Shown here: positions 54,425 to 61,944 of the stretch, piece after piece
How positions within the stretch are numbered: position 1 is the first letter of the stretch
Layout of the letters: the number at the start of each line of letters is the position of its first letter
Origin: an uncultured Spirochaetaceae bacterium
Lineage (GTDB): Bacteria > Spirochaetota > Spirochaetia > DSM-27196 > PWMO01
DNA: 61,944 nt
Direction of reading: 5' to 3'
NCBI GenBank assembly: GCA_964413635.1
Contig: CAYPTH010000001.1
Span: forward strand, 18,249 to 80,192
Made by a program: the position numbers and the translations under genes
The notes under the pieces: generated by a model
Database searches by the model: none
What the model saw: the letters and a program-made list of their open reading frames with translations, nothing else
What the model was told of the DNA's origin: nothing

Positions 54425-55224
54425 AGAATCCGCGCCGGCCGGGGGCTGAGCCGGGGGCTGAGCCGTGGGGGGAAAACACGCCGCGTATCTCGGCCTTTCT
54501 CCTCCACCTCTCCGTCTTTCTGACCCTGTTCGTGGTGATTCTGTGGCCCGCGTCGAGCTACGTTGCATTCTTCCGATACGGAAACGTTCCGATTGTGTAC
54601 GAGTTCGCCGCCTTCGTGCTGCCCTTGGCCCTTGCCATTGGAAGTGCATACCAGGGCGTTCTTACCACACCGCCGGGCGCCTCGTTGGACAGTTGGTCAT
54701 CCGACGGTGATGGGATTGAGGCTCGCGACCCCCGAAAGGGCCTGCCAAAGGGTCTGCCGAGTGGCCTGAGGCGCGTGCTCTGGGAGTTCTATGGCGCGGC
54801 GTGTCTTACCGCCGTGGCTGCTCCAATTGTGGTAATCGGCGGATCGGTCTCCCGCGCCCCTCTCGCAGCGAGCGCGGAGGTGCTGGCAATTCTCCTCTCA
54901 ACGGCTATTGTCTTCCGGCCCATCGGCGTGCTGACCCAAGGAATTACCCGGAATCGATCGCTTCAGTATGTCCTCATGTGGCTCTTTGTCATTGGCGCCT
55001 TCTACGCAACCGCCTACTGGCTCCCGGCGGCCAACCCCATTGTCGCGGTGACCAACGCGGCGCAGGCGACACGCATCGGTGGCGGCAGTATCTTCTTCGT
55101 GGAGCTCGAAGCGCACCGCCCACTGATGGCGCCGGTGTACCATCTGGGCTTTGCTGGATTCATGACGGCTTTGGTGGTATTTTCGGGATACGCGGCCCGC
55201 CATCGCGGAGGGGCAGAATCCTGA
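54421..55224 (+). CDS. Hypothetical polytopic membrane protein
   Basis: GTGA overlap with the upstream gene. At least 5 hydrophobic helices. No ABC-2 or other signature that I can name. Confidence 0.65.
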   Translation: MKNPRRPGAEPGAEPWGENTPRISAFLLHLSVFLTLFVVILWPASSYVAFFRYGNVPIVYEFAAFVLPLALAIGSAYQGVLTTPPGASLDSWSSDGDGIEARDPRKGLPKGLPSGLRRVLWEFYGAACLTAVAAPIVVIGGSVSRAPLAASAEVLAILLSTAIVFRPIGVLTQGITRNRSLQYVLMWLFVIGAFYATAYWLPAANPIVAVTNAAQATRIGGGSIFFVELEAHRPLMAPVYHLGFAGFMTALVVFSGYAARHRGGAES

Positions 55225-55301
55225 ACCGACGCAGCCAGTCTCCCAAATCCTTTCCGCTCGTAACGGCCCAACTCGCCCGGCATCTACGGCAAAACACCTT
55301 T

Positions 55302-56708
55302 GTGCGCCATGTCGTCCTCTACGAGGCGTACGCACTCCTGTGCATGGCCGCCCTGATGGCAGTGAGCGCATTCTCGCCCCTCGCCATTCCCGGTCTCGTC
55401 ATTTGGCTCATCCCATCCGGACTGGCGCTTCTGGGCGCGGTCGTACAAGCGGTGAGAGTTGATGCGCGACCTGAGCGGGTTCTGTGGGACGCCGACCTCG
55501 CGTACGGGTATCGCCATCTCCTCCCAACCGCCTTCGAGCTCTGGCGAGTCCGGAAACAGAGCGAGAAGGAGGGCAAGGATCACGAAGGATCCGACGTTGC
55601 TGACATCGTCATTGACCAGGGTCTTGCACAGGTGCAGTATCTGCGTCCGGAAACGGTCTATCCCCTTGCCCTGCCGCGCCGGCTCTACCTGCTTCCCCTG
55701 GGCGCGCTGGCGTGTTTGGTCATTCTTCTCGCCGCGCAGGGGATCAGCCGGGACGCCCCGCCAAACCCATGGGCCGGCTACATTGAGGAGTTGCGCAGCC
55801 AATCCGGGCGGATCGCCCGGCGTTCCGAAGCCCTCGGCGACGAGGAGGGAGCGCGGCTCGCGCAACAACTCGAAGAGCTGAGTGATACCTTGGAGAGCCG
55901 TCCCGAGCAGAAGGAGATCGAGCGGGAGCTGAACGAGCTTCTTCCGCGCCTCGAGAATCACATGCGGAGCCTCGGAGCCAGCGATCTGGTCGCCGGAGAA
56001 GAGGCGGGCCGCAACGAGCTAGAGGGCGAGGCCGAAACCACCGGCTCGCTTCGAGCGAGGCGCGTCGAGGACGGCTCGAGCGCCCCGGTGGATATCGGCG
56101 GGACCAGTGATGGGGAACCCGCCCCGGCCCGGGATGGCGCGGCCGCCGGGGACTCGACGCAGGAGCCGGAGGAAGATGGGACGGAGTCCGGCGGAGAAGG
56201 GGACGAAGGGGACGAAGGGGACGCAGAGGACTTGGGCAGGGAGCTTCGCTCCGCCCAGAACAACCTCCAGGAATTGGGAGAGCAACTGGCACAAGGGGAC
56301 GAGTCGAGATCCGATCGGTCCGACGACGCGGCGCCGCAGCCCGACGAGCAACCCGGCTCCGGGCGCAGCGGCGAGCGGGAGCAGGGCGGTTCATCCGTGC
56401 AAGGCACGAGCGACGAGGCGGGAATTGGCAGCACCCCGGACCTGGGAGAAGAACCGACGGCGCGCCTGAGCGAGATCATTCGAGAGATGACCGAGCTCCC
56501 GTCGAACGAGGAGCACAGCGCCTTTACGGAGCTCTTCTCCCGCGAGACCCCTGGTGAGCCCCGAACCTCCCTCGAGGAGCGCGCGGTGACCCCCGAGTTC
56601 CAGAGACAGATCGAGGCGGCTGTGGGCCGCAGCACGGTTCCTGCCGACATGCAGGGATACGTTCGAGACTACTTCCTGCGGATAGCCAGAGCGGCGGAGA
56701 TGGAGTAA
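55302..56708 (+). CDS. Membrane-anchored coiled-coil protein with a highly acidic disordered region
   Basis: The frame is open from 54801. The first canonical start after the upstream stop is GTG 55302 (a CTG at 55221 would give a CTGA overlap). Two or three TMs, then ELRSQSGRIARRSEALGDEEGARLAQQLEELSDTLE..., a D/E/G-rich tract, and a tail ending VPADMQGYVRDYFLRIA. Confidence 0.6.
   Translation: MRHVVLYEAYALLCMAALMAVSAFSPLAIPGLVIWLIPSGLALLGAVVQAVRVDARPERVLWDADLAYGYRHLLPTAFELWRVRKQSEKEGKDHEGSDVADIVIDQGLAQVQYLRPETVYPLALPRRLYLLPLGALACLVILLAAQGISRDAPPNPWAGYIEELRSQSGRIARRSEALGDEEGARLAQQLEELSDTLESRPEQKEIERELNELLPRLENHMRSLGASDLVAGEEAGRNELEGEAETTGSLRARRVEDGSSAPVDIGGTSDGEPAPARDGAAAGDSTQEPEEDGTESGGEGDEGDEGDAEDLGRELRSAQNNLQELGEQLAQGDESRSDRSDDAAPQPDEQPGSGRSGEREQGGSSVQGTSDEAGIGSTPDLGEEPTARLSEIIREMTELPSNEEHSAFTELFSRETPGEPRTSLEERAVTPEFQRQIEAAVGRSTVPADMQGYVRDYFLRIARAAEME
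56196..56222 (+). repeat. Tandem 9-bp repeat GAAGGGGAC x3 inside the acidic tract (encodes EGDEGDEGD)
   Basis: Three perfect units at 56196-56204, 56205-56213 and 56214-56222. Confidence 0.8.
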
Positions 56709-56711
56709 CGC

Positions 56712-57731
56712 ATGAACGATTCACCGAGTGGGAGCGTAGGCCAACAAACCGAGAAGCTTGCAGCGAGCTACCTCGACAAGTTGCGCAGCGCGCAGCGGCA
56801 GATCAGCCGCGTCATTGTGGGCCACAGCGAGCTGATAGAAGAAGTCTTTGCCTGCCTCCTCTCCGGCGGTCACGCGCTTTTAGAGGGAGTGCCGGGACTT
56901 GGAAAGACGATGCTGATTCGCGCCTTCGGCGAATCCCTGGATCTCACGGCAACTCGGGTGCAGTTTACCCCGGATCTCATGCCGGCGGATATTCTGGGCA
57001 CCAACACCCTGGTGCAGGACGATCTCGGCAATCAGCAGATAAGCTTCCGACAAGGCCCCATATTCACCCAGATTCTTCTGGCGGATGAGATCAACAGGGC
57101 GACGCCGAAGACGCAGTCCGCCCTGTTGGAAGCCATGCAGGAGCAGCGCGTAACGATCAGCGGCACCACCTACCCCTTGGAGCTGCCGTTCATCGTTCTG
57201 GCAACGCAGAACCCGCTCGAGCTCGAGGGAACGTACCCGCTTCCCGAGGCGCAACTCGACCGATTCTTCTTCAAGCTGCACGTGGGCTACCCCGACAACG
57301 CCGAGATGATGCAAATCCTCAACCGGACAACCGGCGCTGCGGTGCCGACCGTGGAACAGGCGCTATCCGGCGACGACATCGCCGAGATGCAGCACTTCGT
57401 GAGAACCCTGGTGGTTTCGGAAGACATAAAGCGCTACGCCGTGCGACTGGTCTTTGCGACTCACCCCGACCGAGCCGGGGCGCTCGAAGGGGTACGCAGC
57501 TTCGTCCGCTACGGTGCGAGCCCCCGGGGCGCCCAAAGCTTGGTCCTGGGGGGCAAGGTCTTTGCCCTTCTCGCGGGACGCTTTCACGTAGCCCCGGAGG
57601 ACATTCGTCGAGCCGCCTTTCCCAGCCTCCGTCACCGAGTCGTCCTCAACTTCCGCGGCGAAGCGGAAGGTCTGACCAGCGAGACCGTGGTGCAGAACAT
57701 TCTCGACACCGTCCCTGAGAAGGATGCATGA
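56712..57731 (+). CDS. MoxR family AAA+ ATPase
   Basis: GVPGLGKT, LLADEINRATPKTQSALLEAMQE, and FIVLATQNP... are the standard MoxR motifs. Confidence 0.92.
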   Translation: MNDSPSGSVGQQTEKLAASYLDKLRSAQRQISRVIVGHSELIEEVFACLLSGGHALLEGVPGLGKTMLIRAFGESLDLTATRVQFTPDLMPADILGTNTLVQDDLGNQQISFRQGPIFTQILLADEINRATPKTQSALLEAMQEQRVTISGTTYPLELPFIVLATQNPLELEGTYPLPEAQLDRFFFKLHVGYPDNAEMMQILNRTTGAAVPTVEQALSGDDIAEMQHFVRTLVVSEDIKRYAVRLVFATHPDRAGALEGVRSFVRYGASPRGAQSLVLGGKVFALLAGRFHVAPEDIRRAAFPSLRHRVVLNFRGEAEGLTSETVVQNILDTVPEKDA

Positions 57732-58633
57732 AGCGCGAGATCGATGAGGCCATTTTCGCGCCGGAGTTCCTAGCACTCCTCGAAGGCCTCACAATTCCAC
57801 TGACTCGCTCACCGCGCAACCCGATTCCCGGAGGTCATCTGAGTCGACGCCACGGCGCAAGTCTGGAGTTCTCCGAGCTTCGTCCCTATGAGCCGGGGGA
57901 GGACCTGCGTTCCGTGGACTGGAACGCGTACCTGCGCCTGCAGCGCCTCTTCGTCCGCCGTTTTCGCGCCGAGCGGAGCCAAGACGTGTACCTCATGCTC
58001 GACACCAGCCGTTCAATGGGCGTGGAAGACCGAAAGTTCGCATCTGCACGGCGACTGGCAGCTGCGTGCGGCTTTCTGGCAACTCGGCAGCTCGATCGGG
58101 TCACGCTCATGCCCTTCTCCGACGCAGTGAACGATCGCTTCGTGCAGACCCGCCGCGGAACCATTCCCGTTGAGCTCCTCGAGTACCTTTCGGGAGTCAC
58201 GTGCGCGGGGCAAACCTCCATCGGTTCCTGCGCCTTTGCGGTAGCGGAGCAGATCCGCCGTGGTGCATTGGTAATCTTCATCACCGACTTCTTGGACGAG
58301 CGTGGCCTCGAAGAGGGCTTGCGCGCCTTGGCCGTACGGAATGCGGACGTCGTCTTCTTTCACGTATACACCGGCGAGGAGGAGCACCCGGAGGCGCGGG
58401 GTCCCCTCACACTACAAGACGAGGAGACGCGGGAGCGCTACGAGATCACCGTGGATCGAGCCGCAGCCCGCGCCTACGCCGAGGCCTTCGGACGCTTTGC
58501 ATTGGAAACGCGCACTCTCATTGAAGGCTACGGCGCCCAGTACGTCCGAGCGCGCATCGATACGCCCCTCGAGGAGGTCCTCTTGAGCTTCATTGAGCCC
58601 AGGGAGTATCGATCCGCCGGGGGAGCACGGTAG
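57728..58633 (+). CDS. DUF58 domain protein (VWA-like, MoxR partner)
   Basis: ATGA overlap. GASLEFSELRPYEPGEDLRSVDWNAYLR and MIDAS-like LDTSRSM. Confidence 0.88.
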   Translation: MKREIDEAIFAPEFLALLEGLTIPLTRSPRNPIPGGHLSRRHGASLEFSELRPYEPGEDLRSVDWNAYLRLQRLFVRRFRAERSQDVYLMLDTSRSMGVEDRKFASARRLAAACGFLATRQLDRVTLMPFSDAVNDRFVQTRRGTIPVELLEYLSGVTCAGQTSIGSCAFAVAEQIRRGALVIFITDFLDERGLEEGLRALAVRNADVVFFHVYTGEEEHPEARGPLTLQDEETRERYEITVDRAAARAYAEAFGRFALETRTLIEGYGAQYVRARIDTPLEEVLLSFIEPREYRSAGGAR

Positions 58634-60444
58634 TGATCATCACGCAAACCCTGGGCCTTTGGCTCCTTGCGCTCGTTCCAATCATTGTCCTGGCCCATCT
58701 CCTCTTTCAACGCCGCCGGGTTCAGCCCGTCTCGTCAATCATGATCTGGAAGCGCTTGGGGGCAAGCAAGCGCCGTCGCCTCTGGATCAAGCGCGTCTTG
58801 AATTGGCACTTGCTTCTTCAAGTCCTCGCGGTGATTCTTGCAGCGCTCGCGCTCTCCCAGCCGACTCTACGATCCTCCCTGCCCACAGCCGCGGACCATC
58901 GCGTCCTGCTCGTGGATACCAGCGCGAGCATGGCGGCGAGGGACTCCTCGGGACTTCGTATTGCGTCGGCGCGCCGGACCGCCGTGGAGATTGTCCGCGG
59001 TTCCTCCCGCGCCACCGAATTCACCTTGATCGAGATGGGTGCCTCCCCACGCCTCGTCGGGACCTTCGACCGCGGCGACCCTCGCCTCATTGATGCGATC
59101 GAGACCGTGAGCGCCACCGACGAGGCGACCGACATTGTCGGAGCCCTCGACTTCGTCGAAACAATAACGCGTGAGGAGCGCAGCGCCGCGGTGGAGATCA
59201 TCACGGATGCCGCCTTCGCCCCGGCGGAGCTTGCCTTCGACCCGGAGCGCTATACCGTGCACGCCGTCGGGACTCCCGCGGATAACGCCGGAATCACCGC
59301 TTTCGAGATCCGGCGCACCCCCGACGATAGCGCCTACCAGCTCTTTGCGCGGATTGCCAACAATGGAAGCACCCGCGTGGACGCCACGGTACGACTCCTC
59401 GAGAACGGGAACCTCGTCACATCTCGCAACGTCTCGGCGGCGGGTGGCGGAACCACAACCGTCACGGCGGACCTTGTCGGCGCGGCCGGCGGACGAATGC
59501 TCCTGTCGCTAGACGTTGATGACGCGCTTGCCGCGGACAACCGCGCCTTCGCCGCCCTCTCCGGAACCCGGAGCATCGATGTAGCGCTCGTTGGCGAGGG
59601 CAACCACTTTCTCGCAAGCGCCCTGGCGGTCCATCCGAATGTACGTCTCACGCAATACCGCGAATACGGCCCGGAGATTGATGCCGATGTCCTTGTCCTC
59701 GATCGTCTCGAGGAAGTCCCCGTTGTCGAGGGACGCGTACTCGCCATTAACAGCACCGTTGCCGGCATTCACGTTCGACCCGCGGGCTTCATCGAAAACG
59801 TTGGGGACGTGGCGTGGTCCGACACGCATCCGGTGACCGCCGGAATCGACATGTCCGGAACCTTTCTGCGCATCGCTCGCCCCTACATTCTCGGCGCCGG
59901 CGCGCGGGCCATCCTGAACCGCGGGGCCCACGTCCTCGGCTACGTTGCCGACACACCGAGCGTCCGTGTTGTCGGATTCGGCTTCGATTTGCAACGGAGC
60001 AACGTGCCCCTGCACCCCGGCTTTCCCATGCTCATGCGGCGAGCCATTGAGTGGCTCTACCCGCACGGTGGAGAAGCAGAGAGTTGGCAGATCTCGGCGG
60101 GTGAGGTCGTACAGCTCGAGACGCTGCCGGGAACACCGGTACGAGTGACGCACCCCAATGGTGAGGTCTCCGCCTACACCGGCGACGAGCTTACCGTCCC
60201 CTTTGCGGAGACCAGCCACGTCGGCTTGTACGAGATCAACCGCGGCGACACTCGCTCCGCCCTGGCGGTGAACCTTCTCAGCGCGGAGGAGAGCGACTTG
60301 ACGCCCCGGTTTGCACCGCCGCAAGAGGTGACCCTCGATACTGCGGGGGAGCCACGAACTGGTCGCGACCTGTGGCGGCTTTTCCTGCTCCTGGCCGGAC
60401 TCCTCGTTCTCGCTGATTCCCTGCTATGGAGCCGACGGTCATGA
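58633..60444 (+). CDS. BatA-like protein: N-terminal double-TM aerotolerance-type domain + VWA domain + C-terminal TM
   Basis: GTG overlaps the TAG of DUF58. LWLLALVPIIVLAHLLFQRRR...SSIMIWK, VWA MIDAS LVDTSASM, and C-terminal LFLLLAGLLVLADSLLW. Confidence 0.8.
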   Translation: MIITQTLGLWLLALVPIIVLAHLLFQRRRVQPVSSIMIWKRLGASKRRRLWIKRVLNWHLLLQVLAVILAALALSQPTLRSSLPTAADHRVLLVDTSASMAARDSSGLRIASARRTAVEIVRGSSRATEFTLIEMGASPRLVGTFDRGDPRLIDAIETVSATDEATDIVGALDFVETITREERSAAVEIITDAAFAPAELAFDPERYTVHAVGTPADNAGITAFEIRRTPDDSAYQLFARIANNGSTRVDATVRLLENGNLVTSRNVSAAGGGTTTVTADLVGAAGGRMLLSLDVDDALAADNRAFAALSGTRSIDVALVGEGNHFLASALAVHPNVRLTQYREYGPEIDADVLVLDRLEEVPVVEGRVLAINSTVAGIHVRPAGFIENVGDVAWSDTHPVTAGIDMSGTFLRIARPYILGAGARAILNRGAHVLGYVADTPSVRVVGFGFDLQRSNVPLHPGFPMLMRRAIEWLYPHGGEAESWQISAGEVVQLETLPGTPVRVTHPNGEVSAYTGDELTVPFAETSHVGLYEINRGDTRSALAVNLLSAEESDLTPRFAPPQEVTLDTAGEPRTGRDLWRLFLLLAGLLVLADSLLWSRRS

Positions 60445-61944
60445 CGCTCTCCTTCGCAACACCGTGGCTTCTGATCGTCGCCGTGGGGCTCCTCCTCGCC
60501 GGCGGGCTCGCCCTGCTCCTCGAGCGCTCGCCCTACCGGACGCTGTCGGCGGGTCTCCGCGTCGGCGCGCTTGTCGCGATAGCCCTGGCCCTTGCCGGTC
60601 CTTCCGTGAGCGGCCGGGACCCCGGCATCCACACGATCTACCTGATAGACGCCTCGGCGAGCGTCTCGCAGGCGAGCAGGGACGAAGCGCTCACGCTGAT
60701 CTCCGCGTCCACGGAGGAGCTGTCTTCGCCGAATAGCGCCGGCGTCATGGGATTCGCCGGGGAGTCCCGAGTTCTTGTCGCCCGGACCTCTCGCAGCGCC
60801 GAGCTCCAGGCCGTCCTTGCAGACGCCGCCGCTTTCGAAGACACCCTCCGAAAAGGCGCAAGCAACCTTGCCGGGGCAATCGAGCACGCCGTAGCGGAGC
60901 TGCCGGAGTCCGGCGACCGGCGCATCGTCCTGGTCTCCGACGGCACGGAAACCGCCGGGAACGCCCGCGCGGCGGCAGCGTCGGCGAGGCGCCGCGGCGT
61001 TCGCCTCTCCACGGTCTTCACCGGCGATCCGGAGAGACGTGAAACCCGCATTGCCGAGTTGCGGGTTCCCGAACGAGTTGACGCGGGGGATGTCTTTGAA
61101 ATCTCCGTGGTGACCCAAAGCAGCGGGCCCGCACAGGGCACCCTTTACCTCTATCGTGACGGCGAATCTCTTGGGTCGGACCGGGTGGAGTTGAGCCGTG
61201 GGAGAAGTGTCTTCCGCTACCGAGACGAGTCGGAGGCGCCGGGAATCCACACCTACCGAGCGATCCTGGAAAGCGACGCGGATACCTTGTCCGAAAACAA
61301 TCGCGCCGCCGCGGCCCTGCGCGTCGGTAGCGGCACGCGGGTGCTGTACCTACGAGATTCGGAGCAGCCGCGTCCCTTCGAGCGCGCCCTGGCAACACAG
61401 GATATCCGCGTGGTCGGACGAAGCCCCAGTGAGCTCGGGGCGACCCTCACGGAGCTCTCCGCCTTCGAAGCGGTGGTGGTCGACAACGTGCCGGCGGCGC
61501 GCTTCTCCCTTTCGAGGATGAACGAGCTCGAGCGCTACGTCAGGCAGACCGGCGGCGGCTTGATCATGCTCGGCGGACCCGCTTCCTTCGGGGCGGGTGG
61601 CTACTTCCAGACCCCGGTGGAACAGCTACTGCCGGTCAGCATGGATGTGACCTCGACGGTGCGCGTGCCTACCCTCGCCATGCTCTTCGTCGTCGACAAG
61701 TCCGGGAGCATGGAAGCCTCCCCCGGCACGGGCGTCTCCAAGCTGGACGTCGTGAAGGAGGCGGTTCTCTCCTCCGTTGAGATCATGAATCCCTATCACC
61801 TAATTGGCCTGATCTCCTTCGACGCTTCGGTCGAGCGAACGGTACCGATCACCCGTGCCGCGCGACGAGAGGGGATAGCTCGCGACGTGGCGCGGCTCAG
61901 GAGTGGCGGAGGCACGGTTCTCGCCACTGCCATGGAGGAAGCCA
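60441..61944 (+). CDS. Membrane protein with two VWA domains and an intervening GATase1-like region (3-prime end beyond the window)
   Basis: Absent from the ORF track (open at the edge). My translation from ATG 60441 (ATGA overlap) gives MTLSFATPWLLIVAVGLLLAGGLALL...IYLIDASASVS...RIVLVSDGTET...GGGLIMLGGPASFG...LFVVDKSGSMEA... Confidence 0.8.
   Translation, partial: MTLSFATPWLLIVAVGLLLAGGLALLLERSPYRTLSAGLRVGALVAIALALAGPSVSGRDPGIHTIYLIDASASVSQASRDEALTLISASTEELSSPNSAGVMGFAGESRVLVARTSRSAELQAVLADAAAFEDTLRKGASNLAGAIEHAVAELPESGDRRIVLVSDGTETAGNARAAAASARRRGVRLSTVFTGDPERRETRIAELRVPERVDAGDVFEISVVTQSSGPAQGTLYLYRDGESLGSDRVELSRGRSVFRYRDESEAPGIHTYRAILESDADTLSENNRAAAALRVGSGTRVLYLRDSEQPRPFERALATQDIRVVGRSPSELGATLTELSAFEAVVVDNVPAARFSLSRMNELERYVRQTGGGLIMLGGPASFGAGGYFQTPVEQLLPVSMDVTSTVRVPTLAMLFVVDKSGSMEASPGTGVSKLDVVKEAVLSSVEIMNPYHLIGLISFDASVERTVPITRAARREGIARDVARLRSGGGTVLATAMEEA

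Noticed and set aside
1-61944. CRISPR arrays, tRNA/rRNA/tmRNA genes, IS elements, integrases and prophage remnants.
   Set aside because: I found no regularly spaced repeats and no transposase- or integrase-like translations in any listed ORF. The longer intergenic regions (32118-32291, 45963-46124, 50791-50930, 30687-30809) showed no cloverleaf-like or otherwise recognisable structured-RNA pattern by eye. A covariance-model scan (Infernal/Rfam, tRNAscan-SE) would be needed to exclude small RNAs.

Overview
High-GC (roughly 60+ % by eye) bacterial chromosomal window. It is densely coding, with about 55 protein genes, mostly in long same-strand strings with overlapping start/stop codons. I recognise no rRNA, tRNA, CRISPR array, transposase or integrase. 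All function calls come from motif recognition by eye on the supplied translations and my own translations; no database search was possible.

Blocks from left to right:
1. A partial GNAT acetyltransferase and a frameshifted small secreted protein.
2. A minus-strand LacI-controlled sugar operon: solute-binding protein, two CUT1-type permeases (one with a ~200-aa loop insertion), a GDE-type amylo-alpha-1,6-glucosidase-like enzyme and a NapH-like polyferredoxin.
3. A YcaQ/AlkZ-like protein, M14 peptidase, YwbE, a small HNH protein, a TPMT-like methyltransferase and a VapBC pair.
4. parE-parC, with a short ParC.
5. A 12.5-kb minus-strand string: prfB (programmed +1 frameshift), cheY-like, PEGA protein, ftsY, repeat protein, lolCDE-like, mcsA, mcsB, clpC.
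6. PAP2-like, a 517-aa membrane protein, rnfCDGEAB and a GH57-like protein whose canonical catalytic residues appear substituted.
7. An RluA-type pseudouridine synthase, a P-loop/Asp23 fusion, a TPR protein, a pcnB-like poly(A) polymerase, DUF547, and a tandem-SDR / TVP38 / disulfide-reductase operon.
8. A plus-strand operon of at least 8 genes that runs off the window: MutS-like ATPase, three unplaceable envelope proteins, MoxR, DUF58, a BatA-like VWA protein and a double-VWA protein.

The gene content (short ParC/ParE, Rnf, Bat-like module, orphan CheY) is reminiscent of Spirochaetota-like anaerobes, but taxonomy cannot be established here.

The best candidate for something undescribed is block 8. 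Next come the GH57-like/rnf coupling, the P-loop-Asp23 fusion and the ctsR-less mcsAB-clpC module. None of these is proven novel from sequence alone.
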